Shown: positions 1 to 10,667 of the stretch, one piece after another | Position numbering within the stretch: the first letter of the stretch is position 1 | Layout of the letters: each line of letters starts with the position of its first letter | Assembly: GCA_947085185.1 (NCBI GenBank) | Contig: CAMTVK010000017.1 | Location: 1 to 64,000, forward strand | Direction of reading: 5' to 3' | Length of the DNA: 64,000 bases | Source: Candidatus Fraserbacteria bacterium | GTDB taxonomy: Bacteria > Bipolaricaulota > Bipolaricaulia > RBG-16-55-9 > DRXL01 | Notes under the pieces: generated by a model | Database searches by the model: none | Told to the model about the DNA's origin: nothing | The model's input: the letters and a program-made list of their open reading frames with translations, nothing else | Position numbers and translations under genes: made by a program

Positions 1-165
1 CAAAGAGGCCCATTGCCCTGGGTGTGTGCCGTCCCATCGTCGTCGCCCGCCGGTCCTGCACAACCCCCAGGACCTCGACGACTTTCGTGCTTCCGCCCTT
101 GGCATCAGCACTCTTCACTTGTCAAAGACCCCCACCGGCCCATCGGCCCGACGCTCATCGCCCCC

Positions 166-195
166 ATTCTACACCCCTCGACGACCACAAGTCAA
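166..195 (-). promoter_or_regulatory. sigma70-type promoter pointing off the left edge (probable rRNA operon promoter)
   Basis: TTGACT (195-190), 18 bp, TAGAAT (171-166) on the minus strand; followed by boxA-like GGTCTTTGACAAGTGAA (130-114) and a non-coding GC-rich leader. Confidence 0.55.
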
Positions 196-365
196 GAGGA
201 CACCCCCCTCGATGTAATGGGTCAAGAGATCGTTACCAGGGCCCAGGACCCAAACAGTTTGTCAGTTGATCAGTTTTTCAGTTCTCAACTGTAGGCCGCC
301 GAGGTTCAAGAAGCCCTAACTAGCTCCTCGTCACCTGTTGTCCTACTGAGTATGATAGTGACGCC

Positions 366-848
366 ATGCGCGTCGGCATCGGGGTAGATTTTCATAAATT
401 TGCGCCCGAGCGCAAGCTCGTGCTCGGCGGCGTCGAAATCCCCTATGAACTTGGGTTGTCTGGGCATTCCGACGCCGATGTCTTGCTCCACGCCATCTGC
501 GATGCACTGCTCGGCGCTGCAGCCCTGGGCGACATCGGTCAACACTTCCCCAACACTGACCCGCGCTACAAAGACATCCCAAGTACCACGCTCTTAACGG
601 AAACACACAGAAAGATCACAGCAGCAGGCTTTGCTATCGCAAACATTGACGCGACAGTGATCGCCCAAGAACCCAAGATCGCCCCGTATATCTCAGCGAT
701 GCGCGAGAGGATCGCACAGACGCTCGGACTTTCCAAATCTCAGATCAGCATCAAAGCGACGACGCCCGAAGGGCTGGGCGCGCTAGGTCGCCGTGAGGGG
801 ATCGCCGTCTGGGCCGTGGCGCTGCTCACTTCCCAAAAAAGCGCATGA
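366..848 (+). CDS. ispF: 2-C-methyl-D-erythritol 2,4-cyclodiphosphate synthase
   Basis: MRVGIGVDFH, GHSDADVLLHA, GDIGQHFP and KATT motifs. Confidence 0.97.
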   Translation: MRVGIGVDFHKFAPERKLVLGGVEIPYELGLSGHSDADVLLHAICDALLGAAALGDIGQHFPNTDPRYKDIPSTTLLTETHRKITAAGFAIANIDATVIAQEPKIAPYISAMRERIAQTLGLSKSQISIKATTPEGLGALGRREGIAVWAVALLTSQKSA

Positions 849-2136
849 TATCGTTATACGTCACTAAGAGTATCAGTCCAATCAGGACGAGAAACCCAAT
901 ATAGTGAATGAGCCCTTCTTTCTCGGGTGGGATGGGCTTACGGCGGATCATCTCAATCAAGAGAAAGATGACTCTGCTGCCGTCGAGCGCCGGGATGGGC
1001 AGGAGATTAAATAGCCCTAAATTGAGACTCAACACCGCGACAACAAGCAGGAACGGCATCAACCCAAACTGCAAGGATTGCCCCAACACCCCGGCAATTC
1101 CTAGAGGACCGCTGATCTCTCCGCTGGCCTGCTCGAACCGCTGGGGAAGGCTCTTGAGCCATTCGACAATAGCCACGACCGTATCCCAAGAGCGCTGTGC
1201 CCCAACGAGAATAGTCTGTCCGAAGGAGACCCGCCGCATTAAGACTTCCGGCTCGAAGCCGCTAAAGATCTCAAGCTCCGCCCGCCCAGCCAAAGCGAGC
1301 GTGAGCGTCAGCTGGCGCTCCCCACGCTGGACTACAACAGTGGCACTCTCAGAGCTCAGCAGGAGCTCGCGCATCTGCCAGAAACTCCAGATCGGCGTAT
1401 TATTGATAGAGAGCACGCGATCGCCAACCTGCAGCCCTTGCTGAGCTAGGAACGCCTCCGGCGCAAGCTTAGCTATGACGCTGCTTGTGGAGACAGGCGC
1501 AAACTTGACTCCAATAATATAGCGTCCGTCGCGCTCGGACCAAGCGGGCTTCACCGTGACCGCAAGATGCGTATCGTTGCGCCGCAGCTGCAGGGTGATC
1601 TCCTGTCCATTGGCGTTGCGAATGATCTGCTGGAGCTGCTGAGCTGAATAGATTATTTTCCCGTTGACTTGCTCGATCCGGTCTCCAATTTGAATGATCC
1701 CTTCAGAGGGACTGGGACGGCCGTCGGGCATGGAGACGAGCGCAGCGACCTCCAAGTAAGGCAACCCAAACACCCCCACAATCGCGATCATCAGGAAGAT
1801 CGCCGCGATAATATTCATCACTGGTCCGGCCAGGACGATGATCGTGCGCTGCCAAGCGGGCTTGCTTGTGAAGAGTCGTTCTTTAGGGACGGCTTGGTCT
1901 TCTTCGCTCTCGCGGTCTTCTCCGGCCATGCGCACGTAGCCCCCGATGGGAAAGATTCTAAGAGAATACTCGGTCTCGCGGCCCTTGCGGCGCCAGATCG
2001 CCGGCCCCATGCCAATGGCAAACTGATGGACCCATACGCCAAAGAGCCGCGCCGCCGCAAAGTGCCCCCACTCGTGAATCAACACAAGAAACGCGATAGT
2101 AACAAGAAACGCGATGACTGTGATCACCATGCTCAT
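826..2136 (-). CDS. rseP: RIP metalloprotease RseP (site-2 protease with PDZ domains)
   Basis: HEWGH, PIGGYVRMAGE, AGPVMN and NLLPIPALDG motifs. Confidence 0.95.
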   Translation of the reverse strand: MSMVITVIAFLVTIAFLVLIHEWGHFAAARLFGVWVHQFAIGMGPAIWRRKGRETEYSLRIFPIGGYVRMAGEDRESEEDQAVPKERLFTSKPAWQRTIIVLAGPVMNIIAAIFLMIAIVGVFGLPYLEVAALVSMPDGRPSPSEGIIQIGDRIEQVNGKIIYSAQQLQQIIRNANGQEITLQLRRNDTHLAVTVKPAWSERDGRYIIGVKFAPVSTSSVIAKLAPEAFLAQQGLQVGDRVLSINNTPIWSFWQMRELLLSSESATVVVQRGERQLTLTLALAGRAELEIFSGFEPEVLMRRVSFGQTILVGAQRSWDTVVAIVEWLKSLPQRFEQASGEISGPLGIAGVLGQSLQFGLMPFLLVVAVLSLNLGLFNLLPIPALDGSRVIFLLIEMIRRKPIPPEKEGLIHYIGFLVLIGLILLVTYNDIMRFFGK

Positions 2137-3527
2137 AGAGCTCCTTCGATCTGTTCAGCTGTGATCTCTAGGATGTGTTGCGTCTGAGGCGTCACGCGAT
2201 ACTCTTCGTTGACTGCCTCGCCGACGATCCATATTAGCGCATTTTCGTCACAAATCAAGGGGATGACACCACGCCGCTCGCGTGGGATCTTTCTGTCTAT
2301 GAAGAAATCTTGGAGCTTCTTCGTTCCTGATCTTAGACGAATGCGATCCCCCGGGCGGCGGTTGCGCACCCGTAAGCTCCCGTGAACCTTGTCAGCATCT
2401 AAGAGGACTCGGAGTTTATCCCTCAGTTTTGAACTTCGAACTTGAAACTGAGAACTGAGCACTGTCTGAAATCGCCAGCCGATCTCTGGGAGTGCTGTCT
2501 CACCGGGAACGGTGAGCAGATATTCAAAATATCTCTGCGATGTCGATGGCTGTGCTGTCACGATCACCTGATGGTGACGGCGCAGTACCCTCACGCCTGC
2601 GGGCAGGTGCAACTCGCCCGCACCATGGCGGGATGCCCATTCTAATACGCTCTCGATGTGTGCAGCCTCGGGCTCACAGAGCGGGTTCACCCGTGCGATC
2701 GCGTGGCGCAGCACAAGTCCCCGAAGATATTCTGAGAGCCCTAAGAGACTCTGGAGATCGAGAGTGAGCCCTTGAGGGCTCTCGTTCTTGATGAGCTTGG
2801 TGAGGGCTTGTTCGGCATCGCGTTCGAGGGCGCGTGCGGCTTGAGCGAGCAGACGCGCCGTCCGCCCTAATGCTGCCAGCACATTGGGATTGTATTCTTT
2901 CAGTATGGGGAGCAGCTCATGGCGGATCTTATTACGAAGGATCGTGGTGTCGTAGTTAGTGGGGTCTTCGCGCCAGCGGAGCTTATGAGTTTGAGCAAAC
3001 GCTATGATCTGGTCGCGGGTGCACTCGATGAGCGGGCGAATATAGATGAGCTCTCCGGAGATGCGCGCTGGAGGGATGCCGGTGAGGCCCTCTAGGCCGG
3101 AGCCGCGCAAGAGTCTCATCACGAGGGTCTCGGCTTGATCGTTGAGCGTGTGTCCCAGCGCGATCTTGGTGAGATTGTGAGCTCGGGCTGTCTTCTCTAA
3201 GAACTGATAGCGCAGGTGTCGTGCTGCGACTTCCAGCGAGAGCTTGTGTGCGTGGGCATAGGCGGGCACGTCGGCGCGCTCGGTATAGAATTTCAGTCTG
3301 AGAGAGCGCGCAAGCTCTCTTACGAACTTGGCATCCTGAGCGGAGTCAGGCCGGATGGCATGATCGAAGTGGGCCACAGCGAGCGAGAGTTGGAGCTCTT
3401 CTTTCAGGGCATGCAACGCGTGCAGCAGAACGACCGAGTCTACCCCACCCGAGACGGCGATCAGCACGCGGTCGCCGGGCTGGAGCATCGCGGAGCGCGC
3501 GATCGTGTTGCGGACTTGGTCGAGCAT
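2133..3527 (-). CDS. tilS: tRNA(Ile)-lysidine synthetase
   Basis: SGGVDS PP-loop, GHTLNDQAET, RNKIRH and TilS C-terminal KKLQDFFID; start placed at MLDQVR. Confidence 0.95.
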   Translation of the reverse strand: MLDQVRNTIARSAMLQPGDRVLIAVSGGVDSVVLLHALHALKEELQLSLAVAHFDHAIRPDSAQDAKFVRELARSLRLKFYTERADVPAYAHAHKLSLEVAARHLRYQFLEKTARAHNLTKIALGHTLNDQAETLVMRLLRGSGLEGLTGIPPARISGELIYIRPLIECTRDQIIAFAQTHKLRWREDPTNYDTTILRNKIRHELLPILKEYNPNVLAALGRTARLLAQAARALERDAEQALTKLIKNESPQGLTLDLQSLLGLSEYLRGLVLRHAIARVNPLCEPEAAHIESVLEWASRHGAGELHLPAGVRVLRRHHQVIVTAQPSTSQRYFEYLLTVPGETALPEIGWRFQTVLSSQFQVRSSKLRDKLRVLLDADKVHGSLRVRNRRPGDRIRLRSGTKKLQDFFIDRKIPRERRGVIPLICDENALIWIVGEAVNEEYRVTPQTQHILEITAEQIEGAL

Positions 3528-3606
3528 CTCGCATGTATTCTGCCATGTCCGGCGCGCTCGCGCAAGAGAGTTGCTCACAGCAATCTTGATGAAGTAGAAT
3601 TACGAT

Positions 3607-4623
3607 ATGCCGCGCGAGGCGATCTTGCGGGGGGAAGAGCAGGAAGAAGATCAAGGCACTCTCTTGTCGTTGCGCCCGCAGAAGCTGTCGGAATTTATCG
3701 GTCAGGTGCAGATCAAAGAACAGTTACGGCTTTACATGGAGGCGGCGCGCGCCCGCGGCGACGTCTTAGATCATATCCTGGTGCACGGCCCGCCCGGCCT
3801 GGGCAAGACGACGCTCGCTTTGATCGTCGCTGCGGAGATGGGGGTGGATATAAAAATTAGCTCTGGGCCGGCCATCGAGCGCCCTGGTGACTTGGCTGCC
3901 CTGCTCACCAATCTCAACCCCGGCGATGTGCTGTTTATTGACGAAATCCATAGATTGAGAAGAAATGTCGAAGAGCTGCTCTACCCGGCAATGGAGGATT
4001 TCAAGCTCGACTTAATCATTGGCGAGGGGCCGCACGCTCAGTCTATTCGATTGGATCTGCCCAAATTCACGCTCATCGGCGCGACGACGCGCACCGGACT
4101 TCTGACGAATCCCTTGAGAGATCGCTTCGAGGTCGTCTTTCATCTTGATTTCTATGACGAATTTGAGCTGAAAGAGATCGTGCTGCGTGGGGCGCGGATC
4201 TTGGGGGTGAAGATCGCCGAAGAAGCTGCACAAGAGATTGCGCGGCGGGCGCGGGGCACGCCGAGGGTCGCCAACAGATTACTGAAGCGCGTGCGCGACT
4301 TCGCTCAGGTGAAGAAGAGATCTCTCGTAGACAGAGAGATCGCTCGCCAAGCCCTCGCTATGCTCCAGATAGACGAAGAGGGTCTGGACGAGTTAGATCG
4401 CAAGATTCTTAGGACGATCATTGAGAAATTCGGTGGGGGCCCGGTGGGGCTGGAGACGATCTCGGCGGCTCTCAGCGAAGAGAAGGACACGATCTCTGAA
4501 GTCTATGAGCCGTATTTACTGAAGAAGGGGTTCATTCAGCGCACCCCGCAAGGGCGCATGGCGACTGAGCGGGCGTATAGACACCTGGGGATTGCGCGCG
4601 CGCAGGAGACCCCGCTTCTGTGA
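3607..4623 (+). CDS. ruvB: Holliday junction branch migration helicase RuvB
   Basis: [40 protein letters not shown]. Confidence 0.98.
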   Translation: MPREAILRGEEQEEDQGTLLSLRPQKLSEFIGQVQIKEQLRLYMEAARARGDVLDHILVHGPPGLGKTTLALIVAAEMGVDIKISSGPAIERPGDLAALLTNLNPGDVLFIDEIHRLRRNVEELLYPAMEDFKLDLIIGEGPHAQSIRLDLPKFTLIGATTRTGLLTNPLRDRFEVVFHLDFYDEFELKEIVLRGARILGVKIAEEAAQEIARRARGTPRVANRLLKRVRDFAQVKKRSLVDREIARQALAMLQIDEEGLDELDRKILRTIIEKFGGGPVGLETISAALSEEKDTISEVYEPYLLKKGFIQRTPQGRMATERAYRHLGIARAQETPLL

Positions 4624-4628
4624 GAAGT

Positions 4629-5696
4629 ATGTCGCTCAAGGAGTGGCCCGGCGTCTACGCGCACTATCGGGAATATCTGCCCCCAATTGCTGACGAGCAT
4701 ATCGTGACGCTCTTAGAAGGCGACACTCCCCTCGTGCGGGCACAGCATATCGAGCGTCGCTTTGGGCTGTCGTGCGCCCTCTATCTCAAATGTGAAGGGG
4801 CCAATCCCACAGGTTCGTTCAAAGATCGCGGCATGACCGTCGCGATCTCGCAGGCCAAGCAAGCTGGCGCACAGGCCGTCATCTGCGCCTCAACGGGGAA
4901 CACAGCGGCTTCAGCAGCAGCATACGCGGCGCGCGCGGGGATGAAAGCTTTTGTCATCGTGCCCCGGGGCCAGATCGCCTTAGGGAAACTCGCTGGCTCA
5001 ATGATCTATGGCGCCCAAGTCATTCAGATTCAGGGAAACTTTGACCAAGCGCTTGCGATCGTCCGGAAGATCGCCGAGAGATATCCCGTGACGCTGGTGA
5101 ACTCCGTCAACCCGCACAGACTCGAGGGCCAGAAGACGGCAGCGTTTGAGATCTGCGATGCGCTGGGGCGAGCGCCGGACTACCACGCGTTGCCCGTAGG
5201 GAACGCCGGGAATATCACGGCGTATTGGAAGGGCTATTGCGAGTATTTCGCGGCCCGCACGATCGAGAAGCGCCCGGTGATGCTCGGTTTTCAAGCCGAG
5301 GGCGCGGCGCCGATCGTTCTTGGGCATCCCATTGAGGACCCCAAGACGATCGCGACGGCCATTAAGATCGGAAATCCCGCGAGCTGGCACGGGGCCGTGC
5401 GCGCTCGCGACGAGTCGGGTGGCCTCATGACGACGGTCAGCGACGCGGAGATCGTAGAAGCCTATCGGCTTGTGGCGCAGCTTGAGGGAATCTTTTGCGA
5501 GCCGGCTTCCGCAGCGAGCGTCGCCGGGGTGCTCAAGCTCGCTCAGCAGCGGTATTTCAGTTCCGGCAGCACGGTCGTCTGCACGCTGACCGGGCATGGG
5601 CTGAAGGACCCCGACACGGCGCTCGCAACAGCGTCGGCCCAACCAATAAGTCTCAAGGCCGAGCTGAGAGAAGTACTCAGGGCAATGGGGCTGTGA
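4629..5696 (+). CDS. thrC: threonine synthase
   Basis: NPTGSFKDRG PLP lysine, CASTGNTAAS, LTGHGLKDP. Confidence 0.95.
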   Translation: MSLKEWPGVYAHYREYLPPIADEHIVTLLEGDTPLVRAQHIERRFGLSCALYLKCEGANPTGSFKDRGMTVAISQAKQAGAQAVICASTGNTAASAAAYAARAGMKAFVIVPRGQIALGKLAGSMIYGAQVIQIQGNFDQALAIVRKIAERYPVTLVNSVNPHRLEGQKTAAFEICDALGRAPDYHALPVGNAGNITAYWKGYCEYFAARTIEKRPVMLGFQAEGAAPIVLGHPIEDPKTIATAIKIGNPASWHGAVRARDESGGLMTTVSDAEIVEAYRLVAQLEGIFCEPASAASVAGVLKLAQQRYFSSGSTVVCTLTGHGLKDPDTALATASAQPISLKAELREVLRAMGL

Positions 5697-5699
5697 AGC

Positions 5700-6461
5700 T
5701 CATGCCTTCAAGTGATACCCTACCCTGAAGAGCACAAGCGAAGCGCCTACAAAGATCACACCCAGCCCCATAGTCAGCCCAAACCCTATCAGCGCGTGCG
5801 ATGGGGCTCCGCCGAGCACCACGGCCCGGAAGCCTTCAGTAATATACGTGAACGGGTTGAGCGCCGTCAGCGGCTCAATGATCGGGATGCCACGCACCAT
5901 TTCCAGCGAATAGAAGACCCCTCCAAGCATCACCAGGGGATCAAGCACGAATGTATCTATCGCGCCTACGCCCTCCCAGCCCCTCGTCCAGAGCCCCACC
6001 AAACATCCCAACCCTGCAAACGCCGTAGCCGCAGCAAGCGCATAGGCCAGGGTCCACAGGGGGTGGGCCACGACCAGCCCCGTCAGCACCCAGGCAGCTC
6101 CTACCACGAGCGCCCCAACGAAGATCCCCCGCGCTACACCCCCGAGAATGATCGCGAGCGCTATCTGTTCTAAGGAGAGCGGGCTCACGAGAAAGTCGGC
6201 AATATTCCCAAACCAGCGCGACTGAAAGAGACTGTACGCGGGATTTAAAAAAGCGTTGCGCGCGATGGCCAGCAGGAGCAGCCCTGGCGTCATAAACTGA
6301 ATATAGGGCATGCCGTGGACTTCCCCCAAGCGTGGCCCCAACCCCACCCCAAAGACCAATAAGAACAGAACGATAGCGACAGCTGGCGGTGCGATCGTGT
6401 CTATGGCATCCTTAAGGAAGCGCACAATCTCTCGCCGCAGCAGGGTGAGGAAGCCGGTCAT
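5700..6461 (-). CDS. ABC-2 type transporter permease (YadH-like)
   Basis: six hydrophobic segments, LGGVFYS...LNPFTY; stop/start overlap with the ATPase gene. Confidence 0.88.
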   Translation of the reverse strand: MTGFLTLLRREIVRFLKDAIDTIAPPAVAIVLFLLVFGVGLGPRLGEVHGMPYIQFMTPGLLLLAIARNAFLNPAYSLFQSRWFGNIADFLVSPLSLEQIALAIILGGVARGIFVGALVVGAAWVLTGLVVAHPLWTLAYALAAATAFAGLGCLVGLWTRGWEGVGAIDTFVLDPLVMLGGVFYSLEMVRGIPIIEPLTALNPFTYITEGFRAVVLGGAPSHALIGFGLTMGLGVIFVGASLVLFRVGYHLKA

Positions 6462-7198
6462 GATCGCTCACTCCGAATGAGCTCGAGGAAGATCTCCTCC
6501 AAGTGAGCTTGGCCGTGCTGGCGTGCCAGCTGCTCCGGCGCCCCAAGCAAAGCCAAGCGGCCACGATACAAAATCCCTACACGCTCGCAGAGCCGTTCGG
6601 CCTCTTCTAAGTAGTGTGTCGTCAACAAGATGGTCTTGCCCTGGCTGTGGAGCTCTTGGAGCATCTCCCACAGCTGCAGGCGCATCTCGACGTCCGCACC
6701 GGCCGTAGGCTCATCTAAGATCAAGATCTCCGGATCATGAACCAGCGCTTTGGCCAGCACCAGGCGGCGTTTCTGACCACCAGAAAGCTCTTGCACCTTG
6801 GCAGAGCGCTTCTCCCAGAGCCCGAATTTTCTCAGTAGTCTGTCAGCTTGTGGCCCGGCCCGCCGCGGCGGAATCCCAAAGTAGCCTGCCTGATAGACTA
6901 AGATCTCGCGGACATTGAGAAAACTCCCGTCGAGGATAAGCTCCTGAAACGCGATCCCCACCCAGCGATGGACTTGACGATAGTCCCGCGCCGCGTCCAA
7001 GCCGTTGACGAGAATCCTTCCGCTTGTGGGTTTGACCAGACCAACGATCGCGTTGATAGTGGTCGTCTTGCCCGCGCCGTTGGGGCCGAGTAACCCGAAG
7101 AACTCGCCCTTCTGAATCTCTAAAGAGAGATCGTCCACAGCGATGAGCTTGCCGTAGATCTTGCGTAGGTGCTCAAGGACGATTGCCGGAGCGCGCAT
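6458..7198 (-). CDS. ABC transporter ATP-binding protein (YadG-like)
   Basis: GPNGAGKTT, LSGGQ, LILDEPT, TTHY. Confidence 0.95.
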   Translation of the reverse strand: MRAPAIVLEHLRKIYGKLIAVDDLSLEIQKGEFFGLLGPNGAGKTTTINAIVGLVKPTSGRILVNGLDAARDYRQVHRWVGIAFQELILDGSFLNVREILVYQAGYFGIPPRRAGPQADRLLRKFGLWEKRSAKVQELSGGQKRRLVLAKALVHDPEILILDEPTAGADVEMRLQLWEMLQELHSQGKTILLTTHYLEEAERLCERVGILYRGRLALLGAPEQLARQHGQAHLEEIFLELIRSERS

Positions 7199-7201
7199 CC
7201 T

Positions 7202-9157
7202 TCAATTGTACTCGCCTGAAGATCGTTCTGCTTGCTTAGGGGGTTCGGTTGGCTTGAGAGATGCCAAGCGCAGCGCGTTGCTCGTCACCGCGAGCGATGC
7301 CCCCATATCCCCGACAAGCACCGCAAGAACGAGCGTCACGTAGCCGGGAAAGACCCCTAGACCAAGACTGAGCTTCGTCAAGATCGAGAAGAAGATATTT
7401 TGCTGGATGACGCGGCGCGTCTGACGACTCAACTCAATGAGATAGGGGAGCTTGCTCAAATCATCAGCCATCAAAGCAATATGAGCCGTCTCCAAAGCCG
7501 CGTCTGTGCCCATCGCGCCCATGGCAATCCCAACAGTCGCTCTCGCTAATGCCGGCGCGTCGTTCACCCCGTCACCGACCATTGCCACTCGCCCATGCTC
7601 TCGAAGAAGATGGTCTATCTCGTGAATTTTCTGATCGGGCAAGGCTCCCGCATGGTAGTGTGCGATGCCCAAGCGCTGAGCGACGGCGTGGGCCGTGCCC
7701 TCGTTGTCTCCGGTGATCATGACGACTTCCAAGCCGAGCTCGCGCAGACGTCGTATGGTCGCGTGCGCCTCGGGACGGACCGCATCGGCCACGGCAATGA
7801 GCCCAAGCAAGCGCTTGGGCGTGCCCACGCCGATGACCGTCTTGCCTTGGGTTTCTAAGTGCGCGAGCTCGCTGGGCTGGGCATCAGGGAAGAGCTCTAT
7901 CTTGCCGACGCGATAGAGTTTTCCGTTGAGGTGCGCTTGCACCCCTTGCCCGGTCAAGGAGATAAAGTCGAGTGCTTCAGGAAGCGGCTGCCCCGATGCG
8001 CTCTGCTCATAATAGCGCACGATCGCGTGCGCGATGGGGTGTTGGCTCTTGCTCTCCAGTGCCGCGGCAATGCGCAAGATTTCACGAGGAGAAGCACCAT
8101 CGAATGCGATCACGTCGGTCACGGTGAGCTCACCAGTGGTGAGCGTCCCCGTCTTGTCGAAGACGATAGCTCTCACTTGCCCCAGCTCTTCTAAATAAGC
8201 GCCGCCCTTGATGAGCACGCCATGGCGGGCAGCGCTGGTGATCGCGGAGATGATCGAGACCGGGGTCGAGATGAGGAGCGCACACGGACAAGCGATGACG
8301 AGCAACGCGAGCGCCCGCGCAAACCACTCGGCAAACGGAGCCCCAAAGAAGATCGGTGGGAGCGTCGCTACTCCCAGCGCGATCGCCACTACGCTGGGCG
8401 TGTAATACTTCGCAAAACGATCGACGAACTTTTCTGCTGGGGCTCTCTGCGCTTCGGCTTCCTCGACAAGATGGATGATCTTGGCGAGTGTCGTATCATG
8501 AGCGTGCTTGGTGGCTTTGACTTCGAGATATCCCTCGCCGTTGATCGTGCCTGCGAAGACTGAGTCACCTGGCTGCTTGGTGACGGGGAGGGACTCACCT
8601 GTGATCGGCGCTTGATTCACTGTAGAATATCCGGAGATGACCTCGCCATCGAGGGCGATCTTCTCGCCGGGCTTTATGAGGAGCACTTCGCCAAGCTCGA
8701 TCTGATCAAGAGGAACCCAAAGCTCTTGGCCATGGCGTCGCACCCGGGCTTCGCGCGGGGCGAGTTTCACCAACTCGCGCAGCGACCGACGCGCGCGCTC
8801 GACGGAAAACGCTTCGAGAAGCTCCGCGAGCGAGAAGAGAAACGCCAAACTCGCAGCCTCGAGATATTCTCCGATGGCGAGGGCCCCGAGGATTGCCACC
8901 GTCATGAGAAAATTGATGCCGAGCGAGAATGTCCTGAGGGCGTGGAGGCCCTTGCGCGCGGAGTGATACGCGCCGAAGAGCACCGCAGCTATATACAGTG
9001 CTGACGAGAGCGTGGAGTCGAGCTGTAAGAGCGAGAGCATAAGACCCGAAGCTATGAAGATCCCGGAGATTCCTGTAAAGAGGGCTTCGCGATGTCTCCA
9101 CAGGGATGAGGGACTCTGCTCTGTTTCGTGGGCATGACGCGCTACAGACTCACCCAT
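7202..9157 (-). CDS. zntA: Zn/Cd/Pb-type heavy-metal P1B ATPase without an N-terminal HMA domain
   Basis: TGES, CPC, DKTGT, HP and GDGVNDAPAL motifs; C-terminal K and DMG residues typical of P1B-2. Confidence 0.88.
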   Translation of the reverse strand: MGESVARHAHETEQSPSSLWRHREALFTGISGIFIASGLMLSLLQLDSTLSSALYIAAVLFGAYHSARKGLHALRTFSLGINFLMTVAILGALAIGEYLEAASLAFLFSLAELLEAFSVERARRSLRELVKLAPREARVRRHGQELWVPLDQIELGEVLLIKPGEKIALDGEVISGYSTVNQAPITGESLPVTKQPGDSVFAGTINGEGYLEVKATKHAHDTTLAKIIHLVEEAEAQRAPAEKFVDRFAKYYTPSVVAIALGVATLPPIFFGAPFAEWFARALALLVIACPCALLISTPVSIISAITSAARHGVLIKGGAYLEELGQVRAIVFDKTGTLTTGELTVTDVIAFDGASPREILRIAAALESKSQHPIAHAIVRYYEQSASGQPLPEALDFISLTGQGVQAHLNGKLYRVGKIELFPDAQPSELAHLETQGKTVIGVGTPKRLLGLIAVADAVRPEAHATIRRLRELGLEVVMITGDNEGTAHAVAQRLGIAHYHAGALPDQKIHEIDHLLREHGRVAMVGDGVNDAPALARATVGIAMGAMGTDAALETAHIALMADDLSKLPYLIELSRQTRRVIQQNIFFSILTKLSLGLGVFPGYVTLVLAVLVGDMGASLAVTSNALRLASLKPTEPPKQAERSSGEYN

Positions 9158-9256
9158 AAGCTCGATTATACTTGGATTTCAGCTGCGTCGCAGCACCAGC
9201 GAGAGCGCGTCTTTCAGCTCCTGAAGTTCGCGCTCGTCGCCCTCGCGTAGAAGCGT

Positions 9257-10381
9257 TCAGCGCTTGATCAACGGCTCCAAGAGCAACAAGAGAATATCGA
9301 GCACAAAGAGTATGACAATGAAAAACTCTAAGACTAAAAGCTGGCGCGCCTGAGTGCGCTCGTATAAGAGCTTATAGAGACTCTCGACGGTTGCGAGCTT
9401 CTGGCGCACGCTGGTCTCCCATGCTGACACCCCAAAGCGCGTCGCCGCAACGTTATAGACCCGCGCCAGATACGGGTCTCCTACGAGCTTGAGCGCGTTG
9501 ATAACCTTCTCGATCACCTCGGAGACGTCGAGCTTCACCTCCGAAAGATAGTCGATCACCGAAGAGAACGGACGCAGCGTCAGAAGGCTAGGCTTTTTCT
9601 CTAGATCGTCGTAGGCGCGATCCAAGACTCGATCGAGCAACACATCGTAAGTACGAAGCTTCAAGAGTATTGTGACGGCATACTCGAGCACATCAGGGAC
9701 GTCGTAGCTCTGTCGGGGATCATAGAGAAACGCTGCGTTCCAGTCAATGAGAGCGAGTTCGTCTTCATAGTATGAGAGGGGTTGTCGGATCGCTTCAGAG
9801 AGCTCTGGAGCGCTGAGCGGTTCGATCTCGCAGCGCAAGATCTTGGCGATCTCTGGGCCGTAGTCTGATAGAAGTTGCTGGGCACTCAGAGGGCGCTCAA
9901 ACTGCTCGACGGAGAAGATCGCGTAGTCCTCCCATTCAGGCTCTCCGGCGTGCGGGTCTTGAACAATGCCCGACGCCAAGGCGCTCTGCAGGCGCTGGAG
10001 CTGCTCGCGCGCCCGCTGATAGACCTTGGGGTTGCCCACCAACTCCGCGGCCATCCCTATAATATCTTGGAGCTTTCCGTGCAGGGGCAGCTTGAAGATG
10101 ATGCTGATGACCCCAAAGTCATAGAGTTTAGCGCGGCAGACGGCTGGGGGGTAATGAGAGCTCACGGGAGAGTGTCCCAGCTCAATAAGCAGTGGCGCTC
10201 GACGATACTGCACGTAGGCCGGGGTGAGGCGCTCGACCATGAGTTGGGATGCGATCGGTGCCTCCCCGAAGATGCTCTCGATCTTCTCTAAGAAGATCTC
10301 CGAGCCCACATCAAAGCAATAGTAGAGCAAGAGCGAACCGTACTCGACTTGCACTTCCGTGCGCGGACGTTCTGGGATCAT
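9257..10381 (-). CDS. RMD1/DUF155-like protein with a C-terminal TM helix
   Basis: LYDFGVISI, helical middle, LEFFIVILF terminal helix; start placed at MIPERP behind a TATACT box. Confidence 0.6.
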   Translation of the reverse strand: MIPERPRTEVQVEYGSLLLYYCFDVGSEIFLEKIESIFGEAPIASQLMVERLTPAYVQYRRAPLLIELGHSPVSSHYPPAVCRAKLYDFGVISIIFKLPLHGKLQDIIGMAAELVGNPKVYQRAREQLQRLQSALASGIVQDPHAGEPEWEDYAIFSVEQFERPLSAQQLLSDYGPEIAKILRCEIEPLSAPELSEAIRQPLSYYEDELALIDWNAAFLYDPRQSYDVPDVLEYAVTILLKLRTYDVLLDRVLDRAYDDLEKKPSLLTLRPFSSVIDYLSEVKLDVSEVIEKVINALKLVGDPYLARVYNVAATRFGVSAWETSVRQKLATVESLYKLLYERTQARQLLVLEFFIVILFVLDILLLLLEPLIKR

Positions 10382-10479
10382 TAAAGACAGTATAGCGAAC
10401 TTTCCGGCTGCACAACAACTCCGCTTTGGTGACCATGAAGAGCGTATCCGGGTCTGGTGGTAGCAGGAACCGCTTACGC

Positions 10480-10508
10480 TTGACATCGCGGCATTGTATG
10501 ATTATACT
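10480..10508 (+). promoter_or_regulatory. near-consensus sigma70 promoter of the leader/aroF relic
   Basis: TTGACA-17 bp-TATACT. Confidence 0.8.
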
Positions 10509-10535
10509 AAAGCGTTTGATAAAGGGGTGATATGT

Positions 10536-10667
10536 GTGTCGGTAGCACAGGAAGCCCGAGTGCGGCGTTTCTCTTTGGTATGCACCGCTTTCCACTCCTT
10601 CAAGCACCTTTCTTTGAGCTGCTGGTGGCGCGCTCGCGCCTCTACCTCTTCTTCCTATAGCGCCTAA
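10536..10667 (+). promoter_or_regulatory. putative Trp attenuator leader peptide (43 aa, ...SCWWRAR...)
   Basis: SD AAGGGGTGA, GTG start, tandem TGG TGG CGC at 10623-10631, alternative GGCGC/GCGCC pairings downstream. Confidence 0.5.
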
